A DNA stretch of 18,260 bases from Tubiluchus corallicola (taxonomy: Eukaryota; Animalia; Priapulida): the NCBI GenBank assembly GCA_030141605.1, contig JAQGDQ010001999.1, forward strand, positions 1-18,260, in the 5' to 3' direction. A program made the position numbers and the translations under genes. The notes beneath the pieces were generated by a model. The model saw nothing but the letters and a program-made list of their open reading frames with translations. It was not told the origin of the DNA and did no database searches. Positions 9,917 through 18,260 of the stretch are shown here, in pieces. The stretch's first letter is position 1; every line of letters starts with the position of its first letter.

Positions 9917-11161
9917 GTGTGTTTTATTTACATACAACTATATTAAAATAGCATTATAATTGATTGGAGGCCATATATATTGCAACTGCACTCTTCATAC
10001 AACTTGGTAAAATATTTCACAATAATTGCTGTATGTAAAGGCGAATCACAACGTTATGACACCCTTAGCTGACACATCAGCCTGCACATCTCTCTTACGG
10101 ATTTATGGTTATCTTTATTATGAAGCGCAGTACACAATTAAGTTATAATTTATCACTATTACCTATATGGTTGTTGTGAATTGTATGTATTTACACAATG
10201 CTTATATCCAAAGCAGGCTGAACAACTGCTTGTGGTGTACTACCATTTTTGAAATAATTGTATCCTTGTTTGATATTATAACACTTACATAAAAACGGCC
10301 TCCGAAACTAAGTGAATTATGAAATACGTGCTTTAGATGAAAGAATGCGCATTTCCTGTGGAGAATTTTTTACACTGGGTCCCAAAACCTTTCTGGCGCC
10401 CCTCAAAATTTGGTGCCCTAAACTACAGCCTAGTATGCCTAAAGATAAATGCACCCTGTAAACAAGTACCACCCTCTACGGTGCTAGCAGGTTAGCTGGG
10501 TAACATCTTATACATGTGCAAGGAAATAGTAAATGGTAAAAGAGTTTAATTATGAATTTGTCCTCACTAGAAGTTTGTGGTTTCTTAGCCTTGCTACCTG
10601 ACTCATGTGGCAGTTCACTAGTTTAAAGTTATGAAAAGAAAAACATCCTTGGAATACAATTTTAGAATTTTTGAACAGTTTTTTTAAATGTTGATTTCGT
10701 TTTTCAATTTTGCCTGTAAACTTTTTTAATTGCATTGAGTTTGTTGTTAAAAATGTTGTTCCTTTGAAGTTTTTAATTTTCTTTTCATTTTTGCATTGTA
10801 ATATTTTTCTATTGTGTTTGCTGAATTTGCACACAAATTAATTTTTTCGTTTTACGAGGATGTTAATCATGACCCGCACATGGCTGAGACACCTCGGCCA
10901 GTTCAGTGCCTCATTTTATTGTATTATTCTAATGGTAATTTGAAAAAATAATTTGTCTGTTGCTAACAATCATACAAATGCATCCAATCAGACATAGAGA
11001 AAAACTATAGTATGCACTTAGAAAAACAGTGCATTAAAAAAGTAAAATTAGGAGAGTTGAACCTGCACCTAAATGTTGGATAAGTTGGGTCAGTGTAAAA
11101 ATGTAGTGTGTTTCTAAGTATAATATACTCCTACAATATATAAAATAGCAGCACTGTTCAA

Positions 11162-11228
11162 ATCACGTTGAAACCACCGGTTCTCGTCTGATCAGTGACC
11201 GCCTAGGAATACCAGGTGCTGTAGGCTT
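11162..11228 (+). pseudogene. 5S rRNA pseudogene fragment with internal deletion
   Basis: ATCACGTTGAAACCACCGGTTCTCGTCTGATCA (~5S nt 13-45) is fused directly to GTGACCGCCTAGGAATACCAGGTGCTGTAGGCTT (~5S nt 87-120, the natural 3' end). About 40 nt of the internal control region are missing. Confidence 0.85.
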
Positions 11229-11867
11229 GTGGGATGCCCACACTGTATCTCGACACTAGGCGGAGGAGCTGCACAAGGCAACCAGTGGCTAGAGGGCGAA
11301 GGAGGTTTCTGGTAGATGTTTCTGGTAGACAGAAAATGTTTATATTATGCTCAAAACAGGGACTTTGCATAAACAAACCTAATTTCAAAGTATTAACTTT
11401 TAAACAGTGTGATATGTTAGTCAAAAATTTGATGATTCCACACAAAATAATGCAACGTGTGCAAGTTTAAGACTATCAACACCAGTGACTCAGGAAAGGC
11501 AGTTTCAATTTAAAAGAAGGATACAGAACATTTTACCATCATTTGGAGAAATATTTAAAAGCAGCTCAGTACTGGCAACATTCTTCGTTACTTTGTGAAG
11601 TTTTGATGAAAGTTTGTTGCCTTATTACTAAAGATTCTATACCAAGTGCTGCTAATTGTGAATTACTATATGAACTATTGTTGCTCGGTCTTAGTTACTT
11701 ATAACAAACTAAACAATTCTTAGCAATCTATAAATCTGCTTTTATTCTACACGACAAAACTGAAACTGTGAATTAATCTTAGCTTGGTACAAGTTGAGAA
11801 ACGTGGCTGGACCATTTCAGAAGAGACAACTTTGAATTTGTTGCTGTTCCAATTATTTGTGGCACAG

Positions 11868-12450
11868 ATGAAGCTGCCAATCAAAGTTGGATTTTATCTG
11901 ATGTCTCTGATCACGGTGTGTAGTGGATTGAGCGCGTGTGGTGATCCATCTGGGCAGTGCTTATGCTATTGTTGGGTAGATACGCATTGCACTTGGGAAA
12001 GTTGTTCCCTAACAGACGTACAGAATATTTCAAACACATTACCAAAACATATGTACGATCTCAAGATTGACAACTATACAAGCAGTGAATTTCCAGACAA
12101 ATTTTTGGCAGGAAAAGAGATAGACAGTTTGAGCATTATTTCCTCCAAGCAGCTGAAACGCATCAATGAAACCAGTATAGCAGCTGACGTCAAGACATTA
12201 GACTTCCGTGACCTCACTGCTTTAGAGACAATTGACTCTATGGCATTCCAAGCAATGACAAGACTGAAGATTCTATACATTGGGGACTGCTATCAGCTGA
12301 CATCGATTACTGGGCACTTGTCTTTTACACAAAGTCCAAATCTGACTAAAATTCACATTGAACATACATCTATGGAAACACTTAAGGAGCCAAGATTACA
12401 CAGTAGCGTACTGAATAGCAGCAATCTAATGATTGACCTAATCTTGTGGG
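11868..12450 (+). CDS. Nested extracellular LRR protein, coding exon 1 (signal peptide, LRRNT, LRRs)
   Basis: The ATG directly follows the acceptor tttgtggcacAG, implying an upstream UTR exon. Signal peptide MKLPIKVGFYLMSLITVCSG, Cys cluster CxxxxxxCxCxC, and LRR-like segments (VKTLDFRDLTALETIDSMAFQAMTRLKILYIGDCYQLTSI). Donor TGG G|GTGAGT, phase 1. Confidence 0.85.
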
Positions 12451-12680
12451 GTGAGTTAAATTTTTGACTAACAACTTTCAGCAGAGCATGAAGCCAGTGT
12501 GGTCAATTGAATACATTTATGTGTCATAAGATTTAATGAAAACAGTGTTCTTATAATAGGTGAGCAAGTTTGTCTTACGTGATGCTTTCAGCAAAAGTTT
12601 TCTCACTATTCTTATAGTACTAGTTTTGTACTTTAATCGTTGTTTTGCTGTTGTTGTTATTATTGCTGCCATATTTATAG

Positions 12681-13234
12681 GAAATAATTTCACATGCGAC
12701 TGTGACATCAGTTGGGTTTTCAACAAACCGTGGAAGCTAAAAGATGATTTTCAATGCCGACAATCAGAAAATGGAAATAACAAAACAGCTACAAAAGCAG
12801 ACTTTGACTATTGTTACAATGCAACAAACCAAACCACTGAACCGTCTAGTAAGCCATCTACAGAGAGCTCAACCACTGAGCCGTCTACAGAGAGCTCAAT
12901 CACTGAACCGTCTACAATGAGTTCGACCAATGACCCGTGTAGAGTGAGCTCAACCACTAAGTCGTCTACAGTGAGCTCAACCACTAAGTCATCTACAGTG
13001 AGCTCAACCTCTGAGTCGTCTACAGTGAGCTCAACCACAGAGCCGCCTACTGAACCATCTGCAGAGAACTCAAGCACTGGGTGGCCTACAGTGAGCTCAA
13101 CCACTGAGTCATCTACAACAAGCTCAATCACTACAACATCAGCTAGCTCTTCAAGTGAGCTGTATGGCACACAATGTAAACTGAATGAAGTCTTTGCATT
13201 AGTATTCTTAGTTTTAGCAAGCCACCTTTTTTAA
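12681..13234 (+). CDS. Nested extracellular LRR protein, coding exon 2 (LRRCT, Ser/Thr stalk, putative GPI signal)
   Basis: Acceptor atatttatAG|GA joins in phase to give LILWGNNFTCDCDISW, an LRRCT motif (GNxFxCDCxxxW), with further Cys. A mucin-like stalk follows, then SSSS...VFALVFLVLASHLF* with no cytoplasmic tail. Total CDS is 1137 nt (378 aa). Confidence 0.85.
12856..13133 (+). repeat. 27-bp coding minisatellite (9-aa STVSSTTES-type stalk repeat, ~10 units)
   Basis: GAGCTCAA core or variants at 12865, 12892, 12919, 12946, 12973, 13000, 13027, 13066, 13093 and 13120. Confidence 0.85.
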
Positions 13235-14228
13235 CTGTAAAAATGCCAGCAATACAGCTATTCTCAGTAAAAAGACATTAGCACCGCCATAGTCATTCAG
13301 TAAAAGCGCCGCGTGGCTAAAAAACAGCCACATTAGAAAGTGATAGTTACGAATCAATGTCATAAATTTAAAGTAACAATTTAGCCTCATCACAACATAG
13401 TGAAAGATTCACCCCAGACTGTAAAACTTCTGACAGTCTTTCCTGCATGTGATTTATTCCTTTTTAAACAAACAAGGTGCTTTGTTTTGAGAGTGGTGAT
13501 TTTCTGTGTTAAAAAAGTCTTGAAGTTGAAAAAGGAAGTTAATTTTTGAAAATTCAAGCTAACAAAGAACTGAGGGAAACCCTCATAATTGTTATTAGTG
13601 TTCTTTTATCAACTGACCAGTGGACAACCATAAGTGCCAGTAACTCTATTGCTAAGTGTGTTGCTATAGATAAGAATAGGTAGAAAAACAATTACACTAG
13701 TTAGAGATGTAAGTCTTTGCGAAGCAATAAGATGGATCACGTCAGAGATTAGAAAACGAAGAAGTTGAAGTGATGCTAAACTTTTCAGGTTGGTGATTGT
13801 GTGTAAAGCAGATAGACGACCGTTTAATATTTATAACATAATAATATGCCATAATAATATAACATGATATACACATTCATTATGTGTGCACAATAGCCAG
13901 CATTGCTGTTAGATGTTACGTTTGTCAACAGTAATATTATATTGACAATGAAATATAACCGAGAGAATGGTTTGTGTCAGCATTTTCCTCTCCAGATTTC
14001 TCCATGTTTTTCAGGATAAATTATTGTTACATTAAAATTAATATTTTATAATGTAAATATAGCTTTTGTTTTTTTAAGTCTAACGAGGAGAGTTTGCACA
14101 GACTTTGTTTGTTTTAAAGTAAATATTTGCTTATATCTTAAAAGCAGTCAACTAGTAGACATGTTTTAGCCACGAGCATGCAACTGCATATCACACTTAG
14201 CTAATCTAAGTTTTATTAACGTGACTCT

Positions 14229-15980
14229 CAATCAATTAATCAATTTATTTCACTCCAGCAATACATATACAATACATCAACATACAATATTACTGAAACA
14301 AAAAGAAACAGTATAGATTAAAAAAACGTTGATGAAGTCAAATTAACCAAATAAAAGAGTTGCTGTATGACACCTTGAAAGCTTGGCTTGTTAAGGTGGC
14401 AGAAATGAGTGAATGAAAGAATGGTTAGGATCAGAAGGAATGATGGAATGGAAGAAAATAGTAAGAATAGAGATAGGAAGAAGGAAGGGAGGGGAGGATG
14501 AGTGAATGAAAGAATGGTTAGGGTTAGTAGACATGATGGAATGGAAAAATAGTAAGACTAGAGTTAGGAAGAAGGAATGGAGGGGAGGATGAGTGAATCA
14601 AAGAATGGTTAGGGTTAGTAGACATGATGGAATGGAAAAAATAGTAAGATTAGAGATAGGAAGAAGGAAGGGAGGGGAGGATGAGTGAATGAAAGAATGG
14701 TTAGGGTTAGTAGACATGATGGAATGGAAAAAATAGTAAGATTAGAGATAGGAAGAAGGAAGGGAGGGGAGGATGAGTGAATGAAAGAATGGTTAGGGTT
14801 AGTAGACATGATGGAATGGAAAAAATAGTAAGACTAGAGATAGGAAGAAGGAATGGAGGGGAGGATGAGTGAATGAAAGAATGGTTAGGGTTAGTAGACA
14901 TGATGGAATGGAAAAAATAGTAAGATTAGGGATAGGAAGAAGGAATGGAGGGGAGGATGAGTGAATGAAAGAATGGTTAGGGTTAGTAGACATGATGGAA
15001 TGGAAAAAATAGTAAGATTAGGGATAGGAAGAAGGAAGGGAGGGGAGGATGAGTGAATGAAAGAATGGTTAGGGTTAGTAGACATGATGGAATGGAAAAA
15101 ATAGTAAGATTAGAGATAGGAAGAAGGAAGGGAGGGGAGGATGAGTGAATGAAAGAATGGTTAGGGTTAGTAGACATGATGGAATGGAAAAAATAGTAAG
15201 ATTAGGGATAGGAAGAAGGAAGGGAGGGGAGGATGAGTGAATGAAAGAATGGTTAGGGTTAGTAGACATGATGGAATGGAAAAAATAGTAAGATTAGGGA
15301 TAGGAAGAAGGAAGGGAGGGGAGGATGAGTGAATGAAAGAATGGTTAGGGTTAGTAGACATGATGGAATGGAAAAAATAGTAAGATTAGAGATAGGAAGA
15401 AGGAAGGGAGGGGAGGATGAGTGAATGAAAGAATGGTTAGGATTAGTAGACATGATGGAATGGAAAAAATAGTAAGACTAGAGATAGGAAGAAGGAATGG
15501 AGGGGAGGATGAGTGAATGAAAGAATGGTTAGGATTAGTAGACATGATGGAATGGAAAAAATGGTAAGACTAGAGATAGGAAGAAGGAAGGGAGGGGAGG
15601 ATGAGTGAATGAAAGAATGGTTAGGGTTAGTAGACATGATGGAATGGAAAAAATAGTAAGATTAGAGATAGGAAGAAGGAAGGGAGGGGAGGATGAGTGA
15701 ATGAAAGAATGGTTAGGGTTAGTAGACATGATGGAATGGAAAAAATAGTAAGATTAGAGATAGGAAGAAGGAAGGGAGGGGAGGATGAGTGAATGAAAGA
15801 ATGGTTAGGGTTAGTAGACATGATGGAATGGAAAAAATAGTAAGATTAGAGATAGGAAGAAGGAAGGGAGGGGAGGATGAGTGAATGAAAGAATGGTTAG
15901 GGTTAGTAGACATGATGGAATGGAAAAAAATAGTAAGATTAGGGATAGGAAGAAGGAAAAGAGGAGAAGAAACGACCACA
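14229..15980 (-). mobile_element. Non-autonomous retro-like element, copy 2 (17 x 92-bp units plus LINE-like 3' tail)
   Basis: Same (CAAT)n-TTTATTTCACTCCAGC end, same ~175-bp unique part and same AGAAGAAACGACCACA end as 9358-9916. Confidence 0.75.
14405..15965. repeat. 92-bp purine-rich tandem array, 17 units
   Basis: ATGAGTGAAT at 14405, 14498, 14589, 14681, then every 92 bp to 15877. Most units contain GGTTAGGGTTAG and GGAGGGGAGG. Explains the ladder of 64-aa ORFs. Confidence 0.97.
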
Positions 15981-16134
15981 ATTAAACATTCGAACAGTAA
16001 ATGGCATGTAATTGAGCAGAAGAAGATAATCAAATAACATTAGGAAGTGAAACGTGCTAAAAAATACTAACTAAATTAAAAAGATGGCTGAAAAGAATTC
16101 AATCGCTGAAACACTAGATAAAAAACACGCTTAC

Positions 16135-16312
16135 GTTGATGTTGAATTCTTGCTTGGGCGAATCGCACGAAATACGTAAGACAATCGGGTACCCATGAAA
16201 GGAATGTCCGTGTGGCTGAATCGTGCGCGTGGACGTATAACAATCCTCGACCGATATCACGTATCTCTCGGCTATCAGCAGTAAACGTTCAATGTTTTGC
16301 AATCTAGCCGAC
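16135..16312 (-). CDS. USP24: USP24-like deubiquitinase, internal exon 2 of 7 (178 nt, phase 2/0)
   Basis: ttttcctAG|G TCG...ATC AAC|GTaagc. Encodes (R)SARLQNIERLLLIAERYVISVEDCYTSTRTIQPHGHSFHGYPIVLRISCDSPKQEFNIN, matching recalled USP24 IERLLLLAERYVITIEDF...RTILPHGASFHG. Confidence 0.93.
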
Positions 16313-16495
16313 CTAGGAAAATGTACAATATATTGAACAATTGCACTAGCAGCTGTGATAAGTGTTAAAGCAAGGCTGTCTGCTTCAGCAGTAACCGTTC
16401 AATGTTTTGCAATCTAGCCGACCTAGGAAAATGTACAATAAATTGAACAATTGCACTAGCAGCTGTGATAAGTGTTAAAGCAATGCTGTCTGGTT
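16276..16495. repeat. 110-bp tandem duplication spanning a USP24 intron/exon boundary
   Basis: 16276-16385 and 16386-16495 are identical except for about 4 substitutions. The unit includes the acceptor and the first 37 nt of the exon. Confidence 0.95.
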
Positions 16496-16706
16496 CCTTT
16501 CAAAAATGGCTTTAAACAAAACGGACTACAGCCAAATCATTCCTTTGCTTGCACAGTTATACAGCACCTGTTACAAGGTTATTGATTTTTCTACAATTTT
16601 GTAATCAAGCTTTTTCCCCTGTTCTTGCCTCGCTTTTGTTTTCATATATCTTCGGGGATATGGCGCGGTCTGACGCGAGAGCATGTCAGAGAACATGTGA
16701 CTCCGG

Positions 16707-17098
16707 AGATGATGATGACGACAACAATGATGAGGATGACGAAGATGATGATGATGACGATGAAGACTAGGACTACGATGCTGATGATGACAAGAATGAT
16801 GATGATGACAACGACGAAGATGACGACGTCGACAATGATGATGATGATGATGGCAACGATAATGAGGATGATGGCGACGATCATGATGATGAGGATGATG
16901 GCAATAATGATAATGCTGATGATGATGATCATGCTGCTGACAACGACAACAACAATGATAAGGATGATAGCGATGATGATGACGACGACGACGACGATGC
17001 TGATGACGATGCTAATGATGATGATGATAATGATGATAATGATGATGGTGATGATGCTGATGATGATGATGATGATAATGATGACACGATGATGACAA
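16707..17098. repeat. Long imperfect (GAT/GAC/AAT)n trinucleotide tract
   Basis: About 390 bp of GAT-based triplets. Source of the poly-Asp, poly-Met, poly-Ile and poly-Ser ORFs. Confidence 0.95.
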
Positions 17099-17628
17099 CC
17101 CATAATGGACTGAGAAATATCTTTTTGTTAACAAAAAAAAGAAAAATTTTCACTATAAAATTTAAGTTTCCTTCTATAATCTTTGTTTTATTGATATTTC
17201 CAAAGATGGATGCTAAACCGATTAAGATTTCTTTCTGACTTAGTACAAAGTCGAACACGAAATAAATTATTTGATGGTCTATTGAAATTTTGCTATGAAA
17301 ATCACGAATTGAGTCAACAGCGAAAAAAAAAGTTAGCAGGTGTGCTTTAATTCTCACCTGTAATTAATAACTTACCTGTGTAAAATGTAAACCCCTATAA
17401 TTTATTTCATAGATTACGTAGCATCAGGGCTTTGATGTAATTGATGAAATTCACTTTACAAGTAAGAAACATTCATTATAAAAGCAAATTCTGAGTACTT
17501 AATGTTGCTATTTTAATTAATACTCACCTTTAATTAATGCTCAGACAGGTAAAATAAATAATAAGGTAGAGACAAAAATGTGTGTAATTTAAGTTCACGA
17601 TACCCACTTTACTTAGTACAACACGAAC

Positions 17629-17741
17629 CTTGACGGCGTTTGCACAGATGCTACTTTCAATACCGTTGAAGCTGTCAGAACTTTAGTAGCTCGAGTGATG
17701 GCTTCCGCAAGCGCAGAGTTTCCTAGTGTTATGATGCACGC
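17629..17741 (-). CDS. USP24: USP24-like deubiquitinase, internal exon 1 of 7 in window (113 nt, phase 0/2)
   Basis: ttctatatctAG|GCG...TCA AG|GTtcgt. Encodes ACIITLGNSALAEAITRATKVLTASTVLKVASVQTPS(R), matching recalled USP24 LTHAVTRATKMLTATAMPTVATSVQSPYR. Phase fits the next exon. Confidence 0.88.
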
Positions 17742-17931
17742 CTAGATATAGAAATAAGAAGTATTTTCATTATTATTTTTGCCTACTAATAACTGGGTCT
17801 GCCACTAGAAGTAGTCAGCCTAAAGTGGAGGGGTCCAAAACCGGGACGCAGCACCTTGCCTGGTTCTTCCCCCCTGGCACCCCGGGCGGGTAGGAGTACG
17901 ACTTTGCTAGCAGTCTGAGAGGCTGCGAGGT

Positions 17932-17975
17932 CAGAGTTTCCTAATGTTATGATGCATGCCTAGATACAGAAATAA
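17932..17975. repeat. Dispersed 44-bp duplicate of 17714-17757 (acceptor plus first 28 nt of exon)
   Basis: CAGAGTTTCCTAATGTTATGATGCATGCCTAGATACAGAAATAA versus CAGAGTTTCCTAGTGTTATGATGCACGCCTAGATATAGAAATAA: 3 differences, offset 218 bp. Confidence 0.9.
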
Positions 17976-18168
17976 CAAGAAAATGGTCGGGTCAAATTCA
18001 CTTGATTTGCTTTGCTTATTTAGACAAAGTTAAAAACTGCCTCGTAAGAGATACCTAAATGTTACTGCAAATATATCTTTATGTTTATTTCATGAATAAC
18101 TCTTCATGTTAGTCAAGCACAAGGTATTAGATGTCACATATTTTACAGTTTTATGTAAAAAAAGGTAT

Positions 18169-18179
18169 AGAGAGAGGAA

Positions 18180-18245
<66 letters not shown>

Positions 18246-18260
18246 GACGAGAGAGAAAGA
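18169..18260. repeat. (GA)n microsatellite
   Basis: Near-perfect GA dinucleotide run to the window end. Confidence 0.97.

Noticed and set aside
10385-10458. GGCGCCCC...GCCTAG...GCACCCTG segment resembling one end of a DNA transposon
   Set aside because: No matching opposite terminus or TSD found in the window.
12814-13170. 118-aa minus-strand VVELTVDD-repeat ORF
   Set aside because: Antisense of the 27-bp coding repeat of the LRR gene stalk.
14615-16033. Ladder of 64-aa hydrophobic ORFs; also considered as an interstitial telomere
   Set aside because: Artefact of the 92-bp tandem unit shifting frame. Only about two TTAGGG-like hexamers occur per unit, which is not a telomeric array.
16549-17357. 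Poly-Asp (aspein-like), poly-Met, poly-Ile and poly-Ser ORFs
   Set aside because: Translations of the GAT microsatellite. The Asp frame is broken by TAG at 16768-16770 and has only a TTG start. A short hydrophobic stretch precedes it, but there is no other gene evidence.

Overview
AT-rich, repeat-dense metazoan (invertebrate-like) genomic DNA. Seven internal coding exons of a USP24-type deubiquitinase (USP9X/USP24/Fat-facets family) run across the window on the minus strand. They splice in frame into 317 codons, and most are too short to appear in the ORF track. The largest intron (8767-16134) holds a complete two-coding-exon gene on the plus strand. It encodes a 378-aa protein: signal peptide, LRRNT, LRRs, LRRCT, Ser/Thr stalk and putative GPI signal. 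This nested gene is bracketed by two direct copies of a non-autonomous retro-like element carrying 4 versus 17 copies of a 92-bp unit. The other introns contain unrelated minisatellites (45, 35, 44, 29 bp and a composite array), two MITEs, an RTE-LINE tail repeated four times inside one 18-bp target-site duplication, a CCA-ended tRNA-Leu(CAA) pseudogene and an internally deleted 5S rRNA fragment. Two consecutive USP24 exons each have a duplicated 3' splice site upstream, and each duplicate has a weak downstream GT that would give an in-frame extra exon. Family assignments come from recalled motifs, not database searches.
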